Positions 27,913 to 36,047 of a stretch of 64,000 bases of DNA are shown here, piece after piece. A program made the position numbers and the translations under genes. The notes beneath the pieces are model-generated. The model searched no databases. It was not told the origin of the DNA and worked only from the letters and a program-made list of their open reading frames with translations. This DNA is from Candidatus Moraniibacteriota bacterium (GTDB lineage Bacteria > Patescibacteriota > Minisyncoccia > Moranbacterales > UBA1568). Within the stretch, counting starts at the first letter, position 1. Each line of letters opens with the position of its first letter. Location: assembly GCA_030648835.1 (NCBI GenBank), contig JAUSGT010000003.1, positions 1,307 to 65,306 on the forward strand. The letters are read 5' to 3'.

Positions 27913-29133
27913 ATGGATAAAAAGAAACTATTCCTTTGGGCGCTCTACGACTTTGCCAATTCTATAATTTACGTAAACTTCCTGCTGTATTTCGCCCAGT
28001 GGATGGTGATAGACGGAGGACTTTCTGATTTTTGGTACAATGCAATCTTTGCGATAGCCACCGTTCTGCTCCTCTTTACCGCACCAATCCTCGCGGCACA
28101 GACAGACCGCAACGGCGGCAGGAAATATTTTCTCAACCTCTCCACCATCGGAACATTCATCGCTTACGGGTTTGCCGTGTGGGTTGCCTCTATGGGGACG
28201 GGGTATGTTGTTTGGGTTGCGATCCTGTTTCTTATCGGACAGTACTTCTACCAACTTTCTTTCGTCTTTTATAATCCGATGCTCGCAGAAATAGCAGACG
28301 AAAAACATCGGGCACGCGCTTCTGGCATCGGCCAGTTTGCCAATGCTTGCGGACAGGTATTGGGTATCGGGGCAACCTTGTCATTGGCAGGAACCCGCCT
28401 CGGGCCATTGTTTCCGGCGCTTATCGGTTTTTTCGTTCTTGCGTTGCCAATGATGATTTTCTATAAAGAATCGCGTACGCCGTCTGCGCCGCTGCGCCTT
28501 TCCGAGCTGAAGAATGACGCGAGCGCCTATGTAAAAAAATTCTACAGATTTTTTGCGTTTTCAGTCGCTACGCCAATGCTCATCGCATTTTTTCTTTTCA
28601 ACGATGCGCTCCTCACTTTGAGCAATAACTATTCAATAATTCTGGAACGCGTTTTTGCTACACCAGACAGTACAAAATCCCTCTTGCTTATGGGAGTTTT
28701 GGTTATGTCAGCGATCGGGGGTATCACATTCGGGTGGATAGCTGATCGCCTCGGTCCGCTCACCGCGCTCAAGATAATACTGGCGGGTTGGCTGGTAGCA
28801 CTCCCTCTTCTTGCTTTCGCGCCGACATTTACCGTATTCGCTATTCTTACTATCCCTGTGGGGCTGCTTATTGGCTCCCTGTTTGCCGTTAGCCGGGCGT
28901 ATTTGAGCACGCTCTTGCCAAAGGAGGATATGGGATATGGCTTTTCTTTTTACACGCTTGCGGAACGTTTTGCGACTTTTGTCGGACCGCTTACATGGGG
29001 GACAATCATTTCCCTCGGCGGGGCCAGCCATCTCTCATACCGCGTCGCGATAATGAGTATGGCAGTCTTTGTGCTTGCGGGGTTGCTGGTTCTCCTTTTT
29101 TTCAGACAACGGGCTAGCCCAGCTATTCGCTGA
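27913..29133 (+). CDS. MFS transporter (UMF1-like family)
   Basis: 12 predicted TM segments, N-terminal LWALYDFANSIIYVNFLLYF typical of UMF1 MFS; ends with TGA stop. Confidence 0.6.
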   Translation: MDKKKLFLWALYDFANSIIYVNFLLYFAQWMVIDGGLSDFWYNAIFAIATVLLLFTAPILAAQTDRNGGRKYFLNLSTIGTFIAYGFAVWVASMGTGYVVWVAILFLIGQYFYQLSFVFYNPMLAEIADEKHRARASGIGQFANACGQVLGIGATLSLAGTRLGPLFPALIGFFVLALPMMIFYKESRTPSAPLRLSELKNDASAYVKKFYRFFAFSVATPMLIAFFLFNDALLTLSNNYSIILERVFATPDSTKSLLLMGVLVMSAIGGITFGWIADRLGPLTALKIILAGWLVALPLLAFAPTFTVFAILTIPVGLLIGSLFAVSRAYLSTLLPKEDMGYGFSFYTLAERFATFVGPLTWGTIISLGGASHLSYRVAIMSMAVFVLAGLLVLLFFRQRASPAIR

Positions 29134-29251
29134 ATTTATCGTTTGATTGCCAAAAGTTGGGGGGTGTGTTACAGTACGAATGTTAAATTTAATCACGAGC
29201 GGAGATTGGTCCCGCCATGGCAGGACGAGCCTCTAGCTGACATTAAGAGTT

Positions 29252-29518
29252 ATGGCATTGACGCACAAGCAGAAGGAAAAGGTAACTGGCGCGGTAAAAC
29301 GTCACGAGAAAGACTCGGGTTCTCCGGAATACCAGATTGCGCTTTTCACGGAACAGATCAAGAAATTGACGTCGCACCTGAAAAAGAATAAGAAAGATTT
29401 TCATTCTCGCCGGGGGTTATTGAAGATGGTAGCTAAGCGCAAGAGATTGATGAGCTATCTGGAGAAAACCAATGAAAAATCATATAAGTCAGTAGTGAAG
29501 ACTTTGGGGCTTGATTAA
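29252..29518 (+). CDS. rpsO: 30S ribosomal protein S15
   Basis: GSPEYQIALFTEQIKKLTSHLKKNKKDFHSRRGLLKMVAKRKRLMSYL matches S15 (DHHSRRGLL core). Confidence 0.9.
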   Translation: MALTHKQKEKVTGAVKRHEKDSGSPEYQIALFTEQIKKLTSHLKKNKKDFHSRRGLLKMVAKRKRLMSYLEKTNEKSYKSVVKTLGLD

Positions 29519-29544
29519 GCCCCTTTTTGTTTAATTAAAACATT

Positions 29545-30042
29545 ATGGCGAAGTTTGCAGAACAAAGAGTAGGGGTGTTGGTGGATATCCAGAACTTGTA
29601 TTACAGCGCGCGAGTGCTGTATAACAAAAAAGTGAATTTTAAAAACGTGCTTATGGCGGCGGCCGAAGAGCGCAAGCTTATTCGGGCCATTGCCTACGGT
29701 ATCAAGACGGTGGAAGCCACGGAGGAAAAGTTTTTTGAGGCGCTGGAGAAGAGCGGTTTTGAAGTGAAGACCAAGGATCTCCAGATTTTTCCGGATGGGT
29801 CCAAGAAAGGTGACTGGGATGTCGGTATCGCGGTGGATGCCATCAAGATGGCGGCCAAACTCGATGTCATCGTCATCGTTTCCGGTGACGGGGATTATGT
29901 CTCTCTTGTGGAATATATTCAGAGCACCTATGGTTGCCGCGTGGAGGCTATCGCTTTCGCGGAATCGGCTAGCCAGAAGCTGGTGGAAAAAGTAGACGAC
30001 TTCATCAATCTTTCCCAAAATAAGAAACGCTTTTTGATATAA
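29545..30042 (+). CDS. NYN-domain (LabA/DUF88-like) predicted ribonuclease
   Basis: VGVLVDIQNLYYS at N-terminus and VIVSGDGDYVSLVEY match NYN/LabA-like PIN-related nuclease fold; located between rpsO and pnp. Confidence 0.6.
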   Translation: MAKFAEQRVGVLVDIQNLYYSARVLYNKKVNFKNVLMAAAEERKLIRAIAYGIKTVEATEEKFFEALEKSGFEVKTKDLQIFPDGSKKGDWDVGIAVDAIKMAAKLDVIVIVSGDGDYVSLVEYIQSTYGCRVEAIAFAESASQKLVEKVDDFINLSQNKKRFLI

Positions 30043-30058
30043 AGTTTAAAACGAAAAA

Positions 30059-30090
30059 TAAAGCGGACCTGCAGGAGTCCGCTTTATTTT
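30059..30090 (+). terminator. Rho-independent terminator
   Basis: AAGCGGAC/GTCCGCTT stem, loop CTGCAGGA, then TATTTTGTT. Confidence 0.7.
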
Positions 30091-30112
30091 GTTCAGAGAG
30101 AAGTTCCCTATT

Positions 30113-30169
30113 CTAGTATTTTGCAAAATACTAGATATGGTTGACAAAAAGCAGTATTTTCGGTAGAGT
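30113..30169 (+). promoter_or_regulatory. 22-bp perfect palindrome (CTAGTATTTTGCAAAATACTAG) abutting a sigma70-like promoter TTGACA-17-TAGAGT upstream of pnp
   Basis: Palindrome 30113-30134; TTGACA 30141-30146, 17-nt spacer, TAGAGT 30164-30169. Confidence 0.5.
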
Positions 30170-30330
30170 GCGGGAGTAAATATATTCATTAACAACCTTT
30201 TTTTGGCCAAGGAAGACTTGAAAAGAATTCAAATCTCAAAGATCAAAGAGTAAAAGAGTTTTTACTTTCCGACTTTTGTGCTTTGAATCTTTTGTTCTTC
30301 TTTTTCTTGTCTGAAAACGGGTGCGCACAT

Positions 30331-32457
30331 ATGCAAGAGGAGAAGAAATGGTCTTTACAATTGGGAGGCCGCGAATTGACCATCGCGACCGGTCTTTTGG
30401 CGCAGCAAGCGAGCGGTTCGGTCACTGTCCGTTACGGTGATACGGTCGTTTTGGCGGCTGCCACGATGAGCAAGGGAGCGTCGAAGGTTTCCGGATACTT
30501 TCCACTCATGGTGGATTACGAAGAGCGCTATTATGCTGCGGGGAAAATTAAAGGCTCCCGCTTCATCAAGCGGGAAGGGCGTCCGTCAGATGATGCTATC
30601 TTGTCCGGTCGCGCGGTGGATCGGACGATTCGCCCGCTCTTTAATAGTCGGATGCGTAATGACGTCCAAGTAGTCGTGACGACATTGTCGTATGACGGTG
30701 AAAACAACCCCGATACCGTCGCGATGATTGCGGCTTCAGCTGCCCTCACTCTTTCAAGTATTCCGTGGAGCGGACCGATCGGAGCGGTGCGTGTCGGTAT
30801 GGCGGAGAATGGTTCACTGATCCTCAATCCGAGTTCCGATGAGGCCAAAGTGAGCGCTCTCGATTTGCTTCTTTCCGGTACGCAGGAAAAGATCAATATG
30901 ATTGAAGCGGCTGCCAAAGAAGTGACGGAAGACAAGATGGTGGAAGCTTTTCAGTTTGGATTTGAAGCTATTCAGAAAATCACCGCTTTTATTGAGGGTA
31001 TCCGTGCTGAAGTCGGCAAGGAGAAGTCCACTCCGGCGTTGCTTCGTGGCACAGATGAATTTGAGGCCCAGGTGAAGGCCGCATATCTCAAGGAAGGGTT
31101 GGCAGAAGCGCTGTATCTTCTTCCCAAAAAAGCTATGGAAGAGGCAATGGCGACGCTTTCCACAAAAATATCTGACTGGGCGAAAGAAACATTTCCTGAG
31201 CAAGCGTCTCTCGGTGAATTGCTCACGCTTATTTCTGACGAGGCGGCGGATGAAATTGTTCACGCCAATATTTTGCAGCATGAGAAGCGCCCGGATGGTC
31301 GCAAACTGACGGAGGTTCGCCCAATCTGGTGTCAGGTAGGCATACTGCCTCGGACTCACGGAACCGGACTGTTCACACGGGGCGAAACACAAGCCCTTAC
31401 CGTGACAACGCTCGGCGCGCCTGGTGATGAGATGGTGGTGGATACGATGGAAACGGACGAGAAAAAACGCTATATCCATTTTTATAATTTTCCTCCCTAC
31501 TCCGTGGGCGAAGTGAAACCGATGCGTGGTCCGGGGCGGCGCGAGATCGGTCATGGAGCGTTGGCGGAAAAAGCGCTTGTTCCGGTATTGCCATCCAAAG
31601 AAGAATTTCCCTACACGATTATTCTGGTTTCCGAAGTGCTTTCTTCCAACGGTTCTTCTTCTATGGCGTCGACCTGCGGTTCCACGCTTTCGCTTATGGA
31701 TGCCGGGGTGCCGATCAAGAAACCGGTTTCCGGTATCGCGATGGGGGTCATCACCGGGAAAGATGATGCGTATAAAGTGCTGACGGATATTCAAGGATTG
31801 GAAGATCACTATGGCGATATGGATTTCAAAGTGGCGGGGACTGTCGACGGTATTACGGCGATGCAAATGGATGTCAAAATTGACGGGCTGACGCCGGAAA
31901 TGTTGCGCGTTGCTGTGGCGCAAGCAAAAGTGGCGCGTCTCGAAATCATGGAGAAAATGTTGGCTACCATTCCTGCTCCGCGCGCGACGTTGTCCGCGTA
32001 TGCTCCGCGCATTATCACGCTCCATATCAATCCGGAAAAAATTCGCGATGTCATTGGCCCCGGCGGCAAGATGATCAACCAGATAATCGATGAGACGGGA
32101 GTGTCTATCGATATCGAGGATGACGGTTCGGTCTTTATCACGTCAACTGACGAAACGAGCGCCAAACAAGCCGTAGAATGGATCAACAATCTCACTCGTG
32201 AAGTGAAAGCCGGAGAGCTTTTTCAGGCTCGGATTACGCGAATTATGAATTTTGGCGCGTTCGCAGAAGTGCTACCGAATCAGGAAGGTCTGATCCATAT
32301 TTCCGAGTTGGCCGATAGGCGCGTGGAGAATGTAGAGGACGTCGTGCATGTCGGTGACATTGTGCCGGTCATCGTGAAAGAAATCGACAGCCAGGGGCGT
32401 ATCAACCTTTCGCACAAAGCAGCGCTGCACAAAATGAGTGAAGGGGAAAAAGTGTAG
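30331..32457 (+). CDS. pnp: Polyribonucleotide nucleotidyltransferase (PNPase)
   Basis: Two RNase PH domains (GDTVVLAAAT..., SNGSSSMASTCGSTLSLMDAGVPI), KH (GPGGKMINQIIDETGVSIDIEDDG) and S1 (GLIHISEL) domains; follows rpsO. Confidence 0.95.
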   Translation: MQEEKKWSLQLGGRELTIATGLLAQQASGSVTVRYGDTVVLAAATMSKGASKVSGYFPLMVDYEERYYAAGKIKGSRFIKREGRPSDDAILSGRAVDRTIRPLFNSRMRNDVQVVVTTLSYDGENNPDTVAMIAASAALTLSSIPWSGPIGAVRVGMAENGSLILNPSSDEAKVSALDLLLSGTQEKINMIEAAAKEVTEDKMVEAFQFGFEAIQKITAFIEGIRAEVGKEKSTPALLRGTDEFEAQVKAAYLKEGLAEALYLLPKKAMEEAMATLSTKISDWAKETFPEQASLGELLTLISDEAADEIVHANILQHEKRPDGRKLTEVRPIWCQVGILPRTHGTGLFTRGETQALTVTTLGAPGDEMVVDTMETDEKKRYIHFYNFPPYSVGEVKPMRGPGRREIGHGALAEKALVPVLPSKEEFPYTIILVSEVLSSNGSSSMASTCGSTLSLMDAGVPIKKPVSGIAMGVITGKDDAYKVLTDIQGLEDHYGDMDFKVAGTVDGITAMQMDVKIDGLTPEMLRVAVAQAKVARLEIMEKMLATIPAPRATLSAYAPRIITLHINPEKIRDVIGPGGKMINQIIDETGVSIDIEDDGSVFITSTDETSAKQAVEWINNLTREVKAGELFQARITRIMNFGAFAEVLPNQEGLIHISELADRRVENVEDVVHVGDIVPVIVKEIDSQGRINLSHKAALHKMSEGEKV

Positions 32458-32530
32458 CAGGAAGAAAAAATTTGATGTATAATGGAAGAAAGATATCTGT
32501 CTCTTGTTTGTGTAGACTAAACTTTCATTA

Positions 32531-33670
32531 TTGCGTATGGCCCCCGCATTGTTTTTAAAGAAACAATCAACCGAAAAGGAAGATGGAGAAGAATTGAACA
32601 ATCTTCTCGGGAGAGTGCGTACTATGAAAGATGATCTTGAAGACATTCGACTCGGTAAACAAGGGACGCCTCAGCCTCAAGCCGAAAAACAGAAATCCCA
32701 AAGCGACTTGCTTCAAAAAACGACGAACCCGTTCAGCGAAGCAGGGGAAAAGATTCTTCAGACGCGGGCGCAAGCGAGCGATGGGCAGCCGGGGAATCCA
32801 TTTGGTGTTGCCCCTCGGAACAAAAGTGGACCCATTTCAAATGTCCCACAGTATCCATCTGTGAAAAATGGTTTGTCCGGTCTCGCATCTGATGGTGGGG
32901 GGGTACTTATCAACCGCCCCAAGAGAAATAATCAGACTCTCTTGGTGGCAGGTATCGTCATTTTGACTTTGGCTATTATTTCAGCTGGGGTGTTCTATTT
33001 TTACTCCCAGAGAAACCAGGGGGAGATCTCTCCGCTCTCACCTGATGAAACTTCAAATATTCCGGAGAAGATAGCGGAGGTCCCCTCAAAAGAACCACTT
33101 CTTGCTTTAGACAAGCCAAATTACCTTTCTTTTAATACAGAGACAGTATCCCCAGAAGACATTAAAAAGATTCTTTCCCAAGCGGCTCTCCGTGTCAAAG
33201 CGGGGAACATTACTCGCCCGGTGGAGTTTTTGGTGACCGATCAGAACAACAATCCCCTCGCGTTCAATCGGTTTGCTTTTCTTTTGAAATTGAATCTGGC
33301 TCCAGATGTAGCCGCTTTGGCTAATGAGGCGTTTTCTCTCTATGCTTATAACGATGCTTCACGCGTGCGTTTCGGACTCGCGCTTACCTTCAAAGATGCT
33401 CCAGCCGCCGCTTTGGCTATCGCTAAAGTAGAAAACACCTTGCCGAGTGCGTTTGAAGCTTTGATTTTTGAACCAAACATACAGATTCCTAAAGAGGTTT
33501 CTTTAAGTTCCGGCACTTACAACCAATTTACTATCCATTTTGTAAATATAGACAATAGTCAGAATGTATCGTTCGATTATGTCCTTGACGGCAATCAGTG
33601 GTTTATCGGAACAAGCAAAAATACTATGCACGCGATCTTGGATGCCTATGCAAGGCAGGGTTCACTTTAA
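32531..33670 (+). CDS. Hypothetical membrane-anchored protein with large extracytoplasmic domain
   Basis: 379 aa; single TM LLVAGIVILTLAIISAGVFYFY after a ~130-aa charged N-terminal region. Confidence 0.4.
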   Translation: MRMAPALFLKKQSTEKEDGEELNNLLGRVRTMKDDLEDIRLGKQGTPQPQAEKQKSQSDLLQKTTNPFSEAGEKILQTRAQASDGQPGNPFGVAPRNKSGPISNVPQYPSVKNGLSGLASDGGGVLINRPKRNNQTLLVAGIVILTLAIISAGVFYFYSQRNQGEISPLSPDETSNIPEKIAEVPSKEPLLALDKPNYLSFNTETVSPEDIKKILSQAALRVKAGNITRPVEFLVTDQNNNPLAFNRFAFLLKLNLAPDVAALANEAFSLYAYNDASRVRFGLALTFKDAPAAALAIAKVENTLPSAFEALIFEPNIQIPKEVSLSSGTYNQFTIHFVNIDNSQNVSFDYVLDGNQWFIGTSKNTMHAILDAYARQGSL

Positions 33671-33812
33671 AAAGTTTGGCTCTATAAAAGCAAAATACCG
33701 AGTAACGGAAAAGTAATTTATTTCTTTTTTGAGCGGGAGAGAAGAAAAAAATAATTATTTGGAAACAATGAGGGAAAAATGCCTCAAACAAAGCAATACG
33801 GCTCCAGTGTGA

Positions 33813-33841
33813 TTGACCGAGACATTTTTTTCTGGTATAAT
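33813..33841 (+). promoter_or_regulatory. Near-consensus sigma70 promoter with extended -10 (TTGACC-17-TGgTATAAT) with no ORF downstream
   Basis: TTGACC 33813-33818, 17-nt spacer, TGG then TATAAT 33836-33841. Confidence 0.6.
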
Positions 33842-33847
33842 AGGTAG

Positions 33848-34370
33848 GTAACGAGTAGAACTTTGACAACTGTTTCCTCCAAAACCGTTTCTTGATATGA
33901 ACGGTGGAAGATTTCCCAATCACAATTCCCCCTAATTGTGAAGGGGAACTCTTCCACTATTCAAGCGTCACGACAAAGTTCGCGACCGCCTCGTCCTAAC
34001 ACGAGGACCCAAAACAAAAACAAAGTTGACTTCAGAAAAATAATAAAATCTGAAGAAAAACAAAAAGAAACAAAAAATTGTTCTTTCAAAAAACAAAGGC
34101 CTAGTGCCAGAGAACGGTGGAGGGAGAAGTAGCTAACAAGTTAGGCTAGCTGCGATGGTGCAAGTGCACAAACTACAGGAATGTAAATTGGATTATGAAT
34201 GCTTTCTCACCCGAAGCTACATAACCGACATACCTGTTGGCACATGCAAAGTTCGGGCGTACAGCCAAGTATTTATTTATTGGGCGTCGTACGCCCGGAC
34301 ACCAACATTTCATATGATTGGTAACCGGGTGAAAAGAAGAACGAATGGCTATAAGGCCGTTTTTTTGTTG
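33848..34370 (+). ncRNA. Candidate structured non-coding RNA (unidentified class), ~520 nt from promoter to T-run
   Basis: ORF-free; multiple hairpins (CTTCAGA/TCTGAAG 33984-34012, CGGGCGTAC/GTACGCCCG 34253-34297, AGCTA/TAGCT 34132-34153), pseudoknot-like CACAATT-CCCC-CTA-AATTGTG-AA-GGGG at ~33922-33948, ends GGCTATAAGGCCGTTTTTTT. Confidence 0.3.
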
Positions 34371-34456
34371 TTGAAAAGAGTATATAATGATGACATACTT
34401 TTTTGAAAAGTTTTTTTGGGAGATGAACACTTATTCAATGACACGTCAACGTTTAT

Positions 34457-34891
34457 TTGAACGGAAAAGTGAGTACTATGTGGCTATGGAAGAAAAAAGA
34501 GCGGTGGGAAGTAATGCCGGGCGATTCTTTGGGGACGTTGGGGGAGAAGCTGGGTTGTCGGTATCTGGAAAAGAAAGGGTATAAGATTGTGGAAACGAAT
34601 TATAAAAATAATAAGGGCAAACGGCTGGGCGAAATCGATATTATCGCTACGGTGGGGAAGAAAATCGTTTTCGTGGAGGTAAAAACTAGAGAAAAGAGCG
34701 GACTCCGTTTTGGACTGCCTGAGGAAAATATCAATCGTGCCAAACTTCACAAGTTGCAAAAAATCGTTGCGTACTATTTGCGACAAAAGAAATGGGTCGA
34801 TCGGGAGTATGCGTTTGACGCTCTTTCTGTCGTGTACGATGGGGTGACAAGAAGTGCCAAAATCCGCCATCTAGAAGGTATTTTTTTCTAG
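34457..34891 (+). CDS. YraN family endonuclease (UPF0102)
   Basis: GEKLGCRYLEKKGYKIVETNYKN..GEIDIIATVGKKIVFVEVKTR matches UPF0102/YraN; true start probably internal Met. Confidence 0.65.
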   Translation: MNGKVSTMWLWKKKERWEVMPGDSLGTLGEKLGCRYLEKKGYKIVETNYKNNKGKRLGEIDIIATVGKKIVFVEVKTREKSGLRFGLPEENINRAKLHKLQKIVAYYLRQKKWVDREYAFDALSVVYDGVTRSAKIRHLEGIFF

Positions 34892-34944
34892 ACAGAGCAT
34901 TGGCTATTTGATATACTGGAGCGGACAGAGTACAAAATAATTTT

Positions 34945-35304
34945 TTGAAACAGGTGATTATGGCCATTGATAAAGCACTCATGAGTGAGCTCAAAGAGAA
35001 ATTGCTTGGAGAGAAGTCTCATTTGGAGGCTGAACTTTTGGTTCTTGCCAAGCCGACCGGCAGTGCTGGCGATTATGAAACACGTATGGAAGAAATCGGT
35101 ACTGACCCGGATGAAAATGCTACCGAAGTGGAGGGGTATGTTGATAATCTCGGGCTGGAAACCAATCTTGAAGGTCAGCTAAAGGACGTCACTGATGCTT
35201 TAGCGAAAATGGATCAGGGGACATACGGGGTATGTGAAAAAACCGGAGAGGAAATCAGCGTGGATCGTTTGAAGGTTTATCCGGCTGCCCGAACCGCTCT
35301 TTAG
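34945..35304 (+). CDS. DksA/TraR-family protein (YteA-like, degenerate zinc finger)
   Basis: C-terminal GTYGVCEKTGEEISVDRLKVYPAARTA resembles DksA/TraR C-terminal finger with single CxxT; coiled-coil N-terminal region. Confidence 0.5.
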   Translation: MKQVIMAIDKALMSELKEKLLGEKSHLEAELLVLAKPTGSAGDYETRMEEIGTDPDENATEVEGYVDNLGLETNLEGQLKDVTDALAKMDQGTYGVCEKTGEEISVDRLKVYPAARTAL

Positions 35305-35520
35305 TTTTTATTTAGCTTTTTCACAAGCAACCTCTCCGGGTAGCCATTCGTTTGCCCCAGCGGACAAACTCTTTGCGTGAACTTTTTTTGATCCGTCGAA
35401 GCGACGGAACCCTGCCTACCGGCAGGCAGGCATGCTCAAAAAAACTTCAAGCCTCCCGGAAAGATTCTTGTGAAAAATCTTTGGATATCACTGTATTTGA
35501 ATTTGTGATTTGATTGTGTT

Positions 35521-35934
35521 ATGAAGCTTCAGAAAGTAAGGCGATTGATATTTTTTTTCGCCTTTTTTCTTTGTCTGCATTTTCTCTTGCGTTTCTGGGT
35601 GACCAACTCGGGAATATTTTTGACAGTCTGCAACTTTGGTGGACCGTTCGGAACCACGATTCCAAAGTGGTTCTTTATCCCGGTGGTTCTTGGTGCTTTG
35701 GTTTTTTTGGTTGTACAATGGTGGAGAGAAAACTCTTTTTCATCAGAATGGCCATGGCTTCTTATTTTTTCCGGTGGTTTGGCAAATCTTTTGGAACGTT
35801 TTTTCTTCGGGTGTATCACGGATTATATCGTACTTCCATTTTTCCCGGTGTTCAATATTGCTGATGTTTTACTAACGATAAGCGTGCTAGGGATTTTATG
35901 GAGTGGGTATTTCAAGAAAGGGGAGAAAAAGTAA
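35521..35934 (+). CDS. lspA: Lipoprotein signal peptidase II
   Basis: Four TM segments; conserved ITDYIVL and FPVFNIADVLLTI (F-N-x-A-D) motifs of signal peptidase II. Confidence 0.75.
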   Translation: MKLQKVRRLIFFFAFFLCLHFLLRFWVTNSGIFLTVCNFGGPFGTTIPKWFFIPVVLGALVFLVVQWWRENSFSSEWPWLLIFSGGLANLLERFFFGCITDYIVLPFFPVFNIADVLLTISVLGILWSGYFKKGEKK

Positions 35935-36047
35935 AAATTTTCAATTTCTGGTTTTCAAGCAACTTACAAAGATTTGTTGGAAAATTAATGAATTATAGAA
36001 TTGTTTAGAAATTAGAAATTAGTAATTAGAAATTTCTTATAACAACT

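Noticed and set aside
33848-34370. Assigning the promoter-driven ORF-free region to RNase P RNA, tmRNA, SRP RNA or 6S RNA
   Set aside because: I could not locate their conserved cores (GGAAAGTCCGGGC / ACAGAAACCCGGCTTA for RNase P; the tRNA-like GGTTCGA...CCACCA end for tmRNA; GGAAGCAGCCAAGG for SRP). It is left as an unclassified candidate.
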